A stretch of DNA of 64,000 nt from Gnetum montanum (lineage: Eukaryota > Plantae > Gnetophyta). Positions 13,266 to 24,908 of this stretch are shown in pieces. The position numbers and the translations under genes were made by a program. The notes under the pieces are model-generated. The model did no database searches. It saw only the letters and a program-made list of their open reading frames with translations, and was not told where the DNA came from. The stretch lies in NCBI GenBank assembly GCA_015680685.1, contig MNCI01003377.1, positions 244,760 to 308,759 on the forward strand, given 5' to 3'. The stretch's first letter is position 1; every line of letters starts with the position of its first letter.

Positions 13266-15239
13266 TGTTGGAGTTGGAAATCTTGGTTGTTCGAATGGAA
13301 AATCAAAAGATTTAACTACAGGAAAAATTTTAACCCTGAGTTCCAAGGGCCTTCGAAAAATGGAACTTAGGATGTCCTAGATACTCTTGCCGATCACCCA
13401 AGGAGTTACGAAGTGTAAAATAGAAGTGGTTTTGAAATTGTGAACATAAATGGCAACGTAAAAAAAATGGCCTACTAAAAACGTAGACAGAAATGGCCTA
13501 TTGAAAATGGCAATGGAAAATGAAATTATAGGTATAGAAATAAGTGTAGAGATAGAAATGGAAACCAAAATTTTCACAACATAAACCAAAAAATTTATAA
13601 ACGAATATAAAAGAGATTGAGTTCATGGTGTATAAGTTTGTGCCAAGGGCATAAGAAGTTGGTCACTGAAGCTTAAAGTCCATTAGAGAAGGTTGTCTCC
13701 ACAATTTAGTTACTTCCCAATTTTGTCTTACTATAACTTTTCATTAGTTTCTACCCAATCTACTATGTGGGAATGGGATTGGTGTTACACATTTGGAACA
13801 ATGTAAACTATGTGGGAGTCTCTGTGCCCAATGTAGTCCTAGTTTCTACCACCAAATGGCACTACCAGGTGAGGATGTAATAGTTGCAATGGATTTTGAT
13901 GGCTACCAATGGAGATGGAAATAGAGTAGGATCTACACTTTTAGTGGTAATGATAATTACGTGGGGTTGTTTACACCTAGTGTAGTGCCAATTTATGCTA
14001 CAGAAAATGTAGTTGGGTTGCAAATGGGTTTGATGGGTAATGGAAATGGCCATGAAATATGGAAAAATGATGTTGCTACAAAATGATTTTGAAATGCCAA
14101 GGTGGCAAAGTGCCAAGAGATCAAAACTACTGTATAGTATGTAAAATGCCAAAATTCAAAATAGGTGTAAATGCCAGAAAAATACCTGAAGATTGGATTT
14201 GATGTATGGTATGAAAAATGCCAAAAATTTTAAACCTAGAAATGGTATTAACATTGGGATTTTATAGGTTAGGGTTGTTATTTTTGGAATTGTCATTGAT
14301 TGTTAACAGATTAACATTGATTGTGGGTTGCAATGGTTACTATTTCCAATATAGTTAACCACTTACTATCAATGTAGTTAGCCAACTATTGTCAGTGTAG
14401 TTAGCCATCTACTACTAGTGTAGTAAACCAACTACTGTTAATGTAGTCAGCCAACTACTACTAGTGTAGTTAGCCAACTATTGCCAACATAGTTAGCTAA
14501 CTATTACTTAGCGTAGTTAGCCAACTACTACTAGCATAGTCAACCAACTACTGCTTAGTGTAGTTGGCCATCTATTGCTAGCATAGTTGGCATTTGTGGT
14601 CAGCCAGGAATGGACTACATCCACAAAACCCATCTATTTACTATAAATAGTAAATAGGCTTTTCTGACTATGTTGAAGGCTTTGAAAATGGAAAAAGTGA
14701 TAGCAAATAGAAAGATAGATGGAAACTATAGAAATGATGAAACCCATTGTGGAAAGTGTTGTTTGTGCTAGTTGTTGTTACCTTGGGATGACTACGTTGG
14801 TTATTATTGAAGAAACAGCTATCCCAACAATTTTAATGTTGCACTTCTACTAGATTTTGGTGGTGACTATGCTAACTACTATAGTTACTATGGCTACTAT
14901 AGCTACAATTACTATTGTAGCTATTGAGCCTACTGAAGCTACTGAGCCTACTAAAAATGTCTTTAGCGTAGTTGGGGTTATACCCCTACAAAAATCCATG
15001 GAAAGGCCAATTTTAGCCATTTCCAAGGCATTTTCAGCCTTCCCAAACCTAAATATAGACATTAGGTACTCTTTTCCACTCGAGAAGTGAGTCAATAACA
15101 ACTTTTGAAGCATTTTTTAGCCCCCAAAAGTTGAAATATGCAAGATTGTAGCTTATGTACTACATATCTTATATTTACAATGAAACTTTGCCTCAAGCTG
15201 AAAAATGGAATTTGCAACATGAATTATGGTGGTGTTTCA
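13266..15239 (-). repeat. 3' LTR of T1
   Basis: TGTTGG...GTTTCA on (+). Collinear with 29220-31119. Confidence 0.92.
14345..14590. repeat. ~23-bp tandem repeat (CCAACTACTGCYAGYGTAGTYAG) in the T1 LTR; other copies at 30310-30490, 28690-28810, 23195-23290
   Basis: About 10 visible degenerate copies. Confidence 0.85.
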
Positions 15240-15293
15240 TTAGCCCCTCTTTGTTGATGTCTAAAGCATTAACCCAATAGACATCAACAAAGA
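15240..15293 (-). promoter_or_regulatory. PPT of T1 (AAAGAGGGGCTAA on -) overlapping a perfect 16-bp inverted repeat
   Basis: TCTTTGTTGATGTCTA (15248-15263) and TAGACATCAACAAAGA (15278-15293), 14-nt loop. Confidence 0.85.
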
Positions 15294-16213
15294 ATATAAA
15301 ACACCACTATAGGTCCATCACCAACATCTTTTCTCTATGCTAGGTTCATTAGTATTGAACCATGCCCAAAAGTACTCATGATGATGATGTGAGGCTATGA
15401 TGATGAAATAGTAATAAGGTCATGAATTAATGATCACGAGGGCTAACAAATATTGGTCAAATAGTTTAGACTATGAACTTCATGTTTAGAAGTGTGGTTC
15501 ACTTGGTAGATGCATTTGAGGAACCAACACTTCATTCCAAGATTTCTTTAGCCACTTGGCAATGTGCTTTTTTCTAAGGCTAATTTTGATATGGCTTTCC
15601 CATTAAATGAGATATGTTACATTCAATGGACTTGGGGTTTTCCCATTGAACAAGGTCCATTATACTTTATGGACTTAGCATTTTCCCAATGAGCAAGATG
15701 TGTCACATTCAAGTGGACTTGCAGGTGGATCACAACAAAGAAATGTCATTGGCCATGATGCATGAGTGTCATCATAGGTCAACATGGTTGCTTAAGGTAT
15801 GGAAGGTTGTATTAAGGCTACAGGATTGGGATCAAAGGAATTGATGTGGAATAAGCACTCTTGGTATGGAAGGATAGATTCACTGAATCTTGCACATTGA
15901 GGTTATGTGGTGAGTTGCTACAATGGTATGTTATGCCCTTGTGATGGTTCCAAGCCTCATCCTACAAACACAACTCCAAGAGAACTAGAAAACCAAAGAA
16001 AGAAATCATGTTATTACAATAGGATACATTAGGCCATGAAGGATGGTTTAGCAAATTTGGCTACCCAAGGTTACATGTCACTAGTTGAAGCCCCTGGTAG
16101 GTTGCATTGTCAATTTAAGGCTTTGGTAGGCTGCAATGCTAGTTTAGGGTCATAGAGGACAATAGAGATAAGGCTTGCTTGTTTATGGGAATTAATATCA
16201 TGGTTTCTATAGG

Positions 16214-19200
16214 CTACATGTAGTATGATTTGAGATAGGAATGATTGACTGAATTAGCCAGTTCATTCCCATCCATGTCTACTATCCAATAGGCCTCGTT
16301 GCCATAGGCCTTGGTGATCAAGAAAGATCCTTCCCAATTGGATGAAAATTTTTTTGCATGCTTGCAAATGGCCTTAAGGACTAGTTCTTCTTCCTTGATT
16401 TTGCACTTACCTAGGTTGTGATGGTGTTGCCATTTTTGCCTCTCTTGGTAGTGCTCAATGTGAGCAAGCATTTGCACATGCTACTCCTCCACTAAGTCTA
16501 GGTCTATGGTACGTAACTCCTTGTTCTACTCATCATTGATGAAGTAGGATAAGGCCACTTAGATTTATGGCACCTATAATTCAAGAGTTAAACAAGCTTC
16601 AAAACCATAACGCTATAAGGAGTCATCCCTGTTGTGGTACAATATGTTGTTCTATAGGCCCAGAGTGCATGGACAAGCTATTCATGCCATTTGTACTTGT
16701 TGTTGTTGAGCATTTTCATGAGCAAGTTGATGATGGCCTTGTTGCTTACTTTAGTCTATCTATTGGCCTAAGGGTAATAATGTGATGAAAATGAATGTTT
16801 AATGCCTAGGTTGTGATAGAAATTTTTCATTTCTTGGCTACTAAATTGTGGTCCATTGTCTATGCATATGATCATAGGTATACCAAAACATGTCACTATG
16901 TTGTCCAAGATGAATCTATAGACTTGTTCAAATGTCATTTTCCTTGTGAGAATAGCCTCAACCCACTTGGTAAAATACTCGGTTGCAATGATGATGAAGC
17001 TATGCCCTATGAAAGACTTAGGTGTTATAGGTCCAATGATATCCAAGCCCCATTGTTGAAATAGCCAAGTAATCTGAGTAGTGTGCAACTCAGTTGGTGG
17101 TATGTGTATGAGGTTGCTATGCTATTGCCATGTGTCATAAGTTTTGACCTTCTATAGGCAATCATTTTTCATGTAAGGCCAATAATAACCTAACCATATA
17201 ATCTTGGTGACCATGGCTCTAGGTCTTATATGTCCACCACAAACACCCTCATGAACCTACTCTAGGACTATTCTATCTTCGACTCTACCCAAGCACTTCA
17301 ATAGTATGTCATCATAGGATTGTTAACATAATGTGTTATCACCTATGATGACATATTATTTTGATCATTTATGTATAACATTCTTTTGAGCAGTAGTTAG
17401 GCCTTGTGAATATTCACCATGCATAAGGTAAAAATTAATACCATCATATCATTAATTTATGGGAGAAATATGAATTAAGGCCATAAAGGTATCCTCAAAA
17501 TTCTATGTAATGGGGATAGCATAGTCCACTGTTAAGGTGGATAGCTTGCTAAACACATCTAGTGTAACATTGAGGGCTAGTGTCATGATGGCATTGGCTA
17601 TAGCATTTTTTTTCAGGGTATACATTGGATATCAACATCTATACATTATTGTAATAGTTGCTTACCTAAGTCATTTATGTATTTGCATGCATAAACCTCA
17701 ATTACTTCACTGACCACAAGTTATGAATTGCCCTTGATTATCAAACAATTAATTCCTAGGTCATGAGCTACTAGCATTCCTTTGATCAAACCCTCATACT
17801 TCACTATGTTATTGGTGCATAGAAACTCAAAACAATAGGTGAAGGATTAGATTTCACTAGATGGAAATGTTATGATGGAAGTACCACAAGCACCATGGGC
17901 AATTGAAGCTTTGTCAAAGTGCATGACTACCTCATAGCCTTCAGGCACTTGGCTAACGATCTTGACATGTTCATTGGGGAACTTGGGATCTATAGTTACT
18001 TGGTCATCAAAAGGTAAAATAATAAGGTGTATAGCTATAGCTTGATCTTTCATTAAGGACTAGGAGACATAATGAAGGTCAAAATCCACTGTTATGGCTT
18101 TCCATCAAGCTATATGGCGAGTCTCATAAATATTGTTCATTATAGCTCTAAGTATGTTGTCTTTGCAAATGATGTTGACCTAGCTACTAAATAGGTTGTG
18201 TCTTCACTTCTTTAATGAGAAGACTAGTGCTAGACAACACTTCTCCACTTTAGAATATCATGTCTCATGGAAAACTAATGGATGACTAAGGTAGTATACT
18301 AGCATTTCTACTCCATCATCACATTTTTGATAAAGTACAAAGGCAATGGACATGTCAGAGATGGTAAGGTACATATAAAATAGTTTACCTTCCTGTGGAG
18401 GATAGACTGTTAGTAGTTGTGCCAATTCTTGCTTAAGGTTTTCAAAGGATTCTTGTCTTTGAGCTATTCACTCATAGTGAACCCCTTTCTTAAGCAAGTA
18501 TTGCATAGGCTATGACTTATCTGTAAGCCTAGCACTAAACCTACAAATAAATTGTAATCTATCTTGTAATCCTCAAAGTTCCTTAAGGTTGGTAGGCACT
18601 GATAACTTGGATATGGTCTTAAACTTATCAAGATCAACACGAATCCCTACTTCATACACTACAAAGCTAAGCATCTTTCTAATCTTGACATTGAAGACAC
18701 ATTTCCTAGGATTAAGTCTAATCTCATACTTGTGTCACCATTTAAGCACAAGGTCTAGGTCACTAGCATGATCACTAGCCACATTGGACTTAATGGCTAT
18801 ATTGTCTACATAATCATTGAGTAATCCTAACATGTAATTACTAAATATATACATCATAGCTCTTTAGTAGCTTGCACCTACATTCTTCAAGCCAAAAGAC
18901 ATCATGGTATAGCAAAAGGTACCCCAAGGGGTCATGAAGGTCATGGTAAGTTAATGTTATAGGTTGATTGTAATCTAGTTGTATCTCACGAGCCCATCCA
19001 TAAAGGACAAAAGAGTATGTTTAGTTGTGGTATCAATAAGTTGATCAATACTAGGAAAAGGAAAATCATCATTGATGGTTGCCTTATTTAGGTATCAAAA
19101 ATTGATGCAAATATGGATGCTTCCATTTTTCCTAGAACTACCATGATGTTGGACATCCATTCTGTGTAGTCAACAACCTTAATGAAACCATCATGGTATA

Positions 19201-19650
19201 GCTTAGTGATCTCATCATGAACTTCCAAGGCCAAATCAAGTATGATCTTACACACGTTTTGCTTAACTAGTCTAATGCTAGGATTGAGTATGATGTTTTG
19301 TTAGACTCAACGTGGATCTAAGCTTGGCATATCTTCATATGACTAGGCAAAGGCTTAAATGTTGTCTTGTAGGACCTTAGTGATGTCTTGAGCTTGCTAA
19401 GGTTCCAATGGGAAACTTAGTTTAAGGATTTTCTCCTCATCACTATGGATTGTGATAGGAACCTCGACTAGAGAATCTTTAGTTATGTCATCAACTTCAA
19501 GATTAAGGTTTTTAACTAGGTTCTCAAGCCATTCTATAGGCTTTTCAATTGAGGCTATGTGGTTGTCAAGAGTCTCAAGCTCAAGGCCTAGACAATTAGG
19601 ATTGTTGCATCATTCAATATCACCATGAGGCCCACTTAGGATCAAGGGCA
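16214..19650 (-). pseudogene. T1 pol: RT, RNase H, archaeal-type RNase H (aRH), integrase
   Basis: RT: FMTPWGTFCY..FGLKNVGASY and YVDN at 18801-18812. aRH: MHFDKAS...CTNNIVKYEGLI at ~17550-17950. INT: HEGVCGGHI, WGLDIIGP, TEYFTKWVEA, IDNGPQF (16768-17088) and NWEGSF (16214-16477). Confidence 0.92.
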
Positions 19651-20306
19651 AGGCAATTTGCTTTCAAGTGTCCATATTTCAATCTTGCATATCAACCATA
19701 AGCACATTAAGTGGAACTTGGGTAAAAATGGGTAAACCATGCTAAAATGATATAAATTACTTTGGTAAACATGTAAACATATGTTATTCCAATGCAAACA
19801 AGGTCAACCAAGGCTATTAAGACATAGATAATGACCAATGGGATTAAACATAGGCTATATGAGGCCAATCATACTAGGTTAACTTAGGTTACATAGTGCC
19901 AATTTAAGGCCTTCGCAAGACATAGTTACAAGATGCCAAAAAATGATCAAGGACAACCCAATCTCATAGATTAACATCAACCCAAGGCTACATAACGATT
20001 AACAAAGGTCATAATAGACATAACAAAGTGAACAAGATAAAGCATGAAATTGTATAAAGGTTGTATGAAGTTGATTGATGAGAAAGAAGGTTAATAATGC
20101 AAGAAAAGGCCAAAAACAAGGCCAAATTTGTGAGAATGAAATACATATAGTAAAAATTGGCTAGTACTAGTCAAATATGACTAGATTTTGCTAGTTTTAG
20201 GCTTTAGCAGGCCATGGCATGAGGTTATAGGGTTATCGGGAGAGTTTGGGTACATTAGGGGGTTATTTAGGAGCTATTTTGAAACAAAAATTGGCACTTT
20301 TGTTGT

Positions 20307-22734
20307 GACTATGTTGGTCCCTACTAGGGACTAGGCTAGCCTAGTGTAGTTCTACCTTTCTCCAATGTAGTTGACCTTTAGGGGCATTTTTTTAGGGCTT
20401 GGTAAGCTTCTAGTGATCTAAACAGATAGTGTAGGGGGTAGGTATTGAAGATTAGAAAGTTTTGGCATCATTTGGGCTTGTACAAAGTGGAAAAATCTTG
20501 CTTCTTGTGATGATTACATTGGGCTACTAGGCCCTAGCATGGTCACAAGGGAATGAATGAGTTTATAAGATTCTGAGGACTAAAACAAGGTGAAATCTAT
20601 AATTGAAATTCATAGGAGTAAGGTTTTGGTCATTTTCGATCAATTTTGGACCATTTTGAGATGCTTATTGTTAGTTTTTGTTGTTACATTTTCCCTTCCA
20701 AGTGGGACTACACTAGTTCAAGATAGTCCTTGGCTTCCTTAGCATAGTTAGGAGTGAAAATGGATTTTGGTTGGTTTCAAGGCTTGATAGATCATCCTAA
20801 TGGGCTTCTGGGATCATTAGTGTTACTGGCTAGGGTTTTGATTCCAAAATTACTAGTTTTCATGCATGTTTGGGCCTTGGATGGCTAGATACCATAGGAC
20901 TATGCTTGTAATATAGTTCCTAGCATAGTTAAGGATCCAAAATGATAAAATGATAAAAAAGAATGAAATTTTCCTTATTTCCAAAGGTTCTAGGATTTAG
21001 GCATGTTCTAGCAGGGCTCTAGATCTTTCCAGGAGTTGATTTGGGCAATTCTGGAGTTCTTTTGGCCCTTTCCAAGTGAAATAAGCTAGGCTTGGGTAGG
21101 GACTACACTGGCCTAGTGTAGTCCTAGTCCTCACTTCAGTGTAGTGACATTAGAAAGGCTAAAAAATTGAGTTTCATGGCTAAATTCAACTTTGGTGCAC
21201 CCTAGGACTCCTTAAAGTGGATTTTGAACAAATTTGGGTAATTTTTGTACAATTTTATGGGGGGTACACTAGGGCTAGAGGGGAACTATAGTAGCCCAGT
21301 GTAGTCCCAACATCCCTTAGCATAGTCATGACTTCCATGATAAAAAAAATGACTGAAAACAATGCATTTCATGGTGAGACAAGCTTCGGTGATGCTCTAG
21401 GATTCACTAGAAGTGGATTTTCTATCTTTTTGGTAATTTGATGTGGACTACGTTGGGGTTTAAGAGGGGCTTCACTAGCCTAGTGTAATCCCAATCTCTC
21501 CTCAACATAGTTAAGGATTAAAAGCTCAAAAATGATGAATTTTAACTCAAATGTAGGGTCTAGTGGTCTTAATGTGTTTTAGCAAGGTCTTGTAGTCAAA
21601 AAAGATGTTTTCTGGGTTTTCTTAACTTATTTTGGGAGTCAAAATGTGGATTATGCTAAGCTTGGACTAGGACTACACTAGACTAGCGTAGTCCTAACTT
21701 CTTCCAACATAGTTTAGGCTTGGAGTGGTCAATGAAGGTTCACATGGTTGACAAAGGTTTTGACAAGGTTCTAGAGTCAACTAGTAGTAAAGTAAGATCA
21801 TTTTGGAGGAACTTTACTTGATTTTTTGTGGACTACGTTGGGCTTGGAGAGGAACTATGCTAGCCCAGCATAGTCCAAAATATGCTTAAGCGTAGTCAAG
21901 GCTATGGTAGTCAAAAATCATGAAAAATTTAAATTTTGAGGCCACAAATACTTGGGTAGGCTTCTAAGGTTTGTTAACAGTGGTCCTAGGTCACTTGGCA
22001 CAATTTTTAAATAGTTTTTAAGGGACTATGCTGGGCTTTGGGAGGGACTACATTGGTCCAATGTAGTCCTCCTCTCCTCCTTAGCATTATCCAATCAAGA
22101 GTAACCAAAAGTGATTGGAAAATGGCTTGATTTAACACTAAATTATCTAGAACAAGGCTTTAGGGTTGATTGAGGTATTTTTAGGTCTTTCCTAGCAATA
22201 ATCCATCAATTTTTGGAGGACTACGCTAGCCTTTTGGAGGGACTACACTAGCCTAACATCTCCTTATCCCTCTAGTGAATTCATGATGAAAGATGTCAAA
22301 GTATAAGTGGAGAGTTGGTTTCATGGCCATATAGATCTAAGTTAGAGTTTTAGGGCTTACTAGAGACAAGGTTCATCATTTTTGATGTGTTTTGACAATC
22401 TTGATGGAACTACACTGAGCCTTGGAAAGGAACTACACTAGCCTAGCATAGTCCTAGCTCATTATTCATCATAGTCCAAGTTTTGGCATGGAAAAATGAA
22501 AAATGGTAAGGTTTGACCTGGTTTGATGTTTCGAGGTTCCCAGAAGTTGAGTTGGAGTTCACACATGACGGTGTTTTTGGTTTTGAGTGGACTACATTAG
22601 GTAGTCACTAGGTTAGTTTGAAGGCTTATAAAGGTTGGATAGGCTTTTGGAAGTCCACACCATCATGGACTATGCTAGCAATAGTTGGGACTACACTAGC
22701 CCAACGTAGTCCTTGTCTTCCCTTCAGCATAGTC
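20307..22734. repeat. Array of ~13 regularly interspaced nested palindromes (core GGACTACRCTRG-N-CYAGYGTAGTCC), period ~190 bp
   Basis: Inner palindromes start at ~20328, (20512), 20705, 20897, 21100, 21283, 21467, 21670, 21852, 22045, 22240, 22430 and 22688. Confidence 0.88.
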
Positions 22735-24524
22735 TTGGTAAATTGATAGTTTCTTGTCCAAATTTGGCATATACAACCATGTTTCAATGTTTTTGAGAGT
22801 GTAGGGTGGAATTTGGAATGGAAGTGATAATTCTATAGCCTTCCATAGTGCTAATTTTAGCAGAGTCATGCTTTACAAAACCAAAAAATAACTTAGCGTA
22901 CTTATAGTTTTTTGCATTATTTTTTGGAATATTAGGTAGGACCCATCTAAAATTAGTAATCTTTTTACAAAAATTTTTACATAACCCCAGCGTATTCCTA
23001 GTTTCCATTTTTTACTCTAACAAAGTGGAGTTGTAAACAAAAACTAGGGTTTTAGGATGAGCACCCAGGTTTAAGGTGGATTTGATTGGAAAATCTTGTC
23101 ATGAATCATATTTGCTTTCTACTTCCTTACCTATACATCTTAGTGAAGAGATATAACACCATTAATACCACCTATTACCCATATTTAGCATAGTAACAAC
23201 CATATATGGACTATTTCTAGCATAATCTAGCTATTGGTGACCTACTACCAACATAGTCTAGCTGTTGATGAACTATTGCTAGTGTAGTCAAGGATTTCTT
23301 CTCATTTTAAGGCTTGTTCTTGGTACCATGACTAAGAAAAAAAATACTATGAGGAATCTTGCATTAGAGAAGGCAAATGCCACTATTGAAACTCTAGCAT
23401 GCCCACCTAGTCCAAGAATTGGCAAGAGTTCCATTTCCACCTTTCCAAGGTACACCACTTGCATTAGTTTTCTATTCCATTTCTAGTTTTCTATTCCATT
23501 TTTCAGATCTACACTTGTGTGATTATTATTTTTTAATTCCACATAAGGCCTACCTTGTGTTTTAGCCATGTCCACATGTGTCTAGGGTTACTTGATTGTT
23601 TTCACTTTGGTAGATTCAGTTTGTAAAATAGGCTTGCTATTTCAGTGCTTTCTTCCAAAAACTAGGTAATGTGGCCATTTTCTTAGATCTAGGATGAAGA
23701 ACTTGATAAAATTAAATTTTAACAAAATCCTACCTTCTTATTTTGGCACTTTCTTAAATGGGTATGATTCATTTTGATTGTATTTTCCATAATTGACAAC
23801 TTGACTAAGTTAGGTTTTACAAGTTTGTAATTTTTGGATGAAAAAGTAATCAATGTTGTGTATTTTTACTAAGAGAACGGCTGTATATTTATAACATCTA
23901 TTGTTATGGATTTGTAAGTATATGTTTAAGCTTTCCAATGGTTAAAAACCCATTCTATTTAGAGTTGTAATGATGAAGTTCTGGTCATTACAGTTGGGTT
24001 GTGTATGTAGGGTTATTTTCCATTTTCAAATTTCATGAAAGTTCATGATTTTTTTCTAAACTAAAAACATAGATATTGAATTTTCTATTTTCATGGTTGC
24101 ATAGGTCTTGATTTGAGCTTTCAAATGGTAGCCCCAGTGGTGTAGATAAAGATGATGATCCACCTTCTTCACCAAATGCTCCATAGTTCCATTAGTTGCT
24201 TCTTTTATGCCCATTTCAATTAATGTGATTTTTCATGTTGATGATGTACAACTAGTGTTAGCCAAAATAGTTTATTTTTTGGATGATTTTATTTGGCTAT
24301 GATTATGATATTATGGACATTTTAACTTTAACTTTAATTTTAAATTTTAAGTTTTAATTTAGGTTATGATGTTATAGCATCATCAGTTTTGTTTATATCA
24401 TGGCATTATGTTGTAATCTATGTTTTGGCTACATTGGCTAGACTTTGTTGTCATGCGATAAAAGGTTAAAATAGTTATGGAATAAAATCATAAACCAAAG
24501 TGAAAATGAGGTATAAGGTTGTTT

Positions 24525-24667
24525 ACCAATTTTAGGCCATGGCAGGCCATGATGCCAATTTAAGATCTTAGTAGATCACAATGCCAATTTAAGGTCTTAG
24601 CAGACCATGATGCCAATTGAAGGTCTTAGTAGATTGTGATGCTAGTTTAACTTCTTAGCAAATCATA
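24525..24667. repeat. ~29-bp tandem repeat CCATGATGCCAATTTAAGGTCTTAGCAGA, 4-5 copies
   Basis: Directly visible. Single related copies at ~16105-16150, ~19895-19920 and ~20190-20215. Confidence 0.8.
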
Positions 24668-24908
24668 GAGAATGTAAAAGTAAAAAAAAATTTAATGAAA
24701 TTTTCTCTTTAAGGAAAACTAAAAAGGCTTTAAAAATAAAAGGATGTAAAACAAAATAAATTCTAGGCTAACAAAAAATTTAAATTTAAACCCAAGAGAG
24801 ATGAAATGATACTAATGAGTAAAGTGTAAACTAGGTTATTAGGGTATGAATGTCATAAAGTCACATAGCTATAAATGCATAGGGTATGGGAAGGATTAGG
24901 AGCATGTA

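Noticed and set aside
13377-15113. Short ORFs in T1 LTRs (also 29360-30827)
   Set aside because: Frames are not conserved between the two LTR copies and derive from short repeats.
20307-22734. CRISPR array
   Set aside because: Eukaryotic retrotransposon context, no cas genes, degenerate ~70-bp repeats and ~120-bp spacers that share weak features. The resemblance is architectural only.
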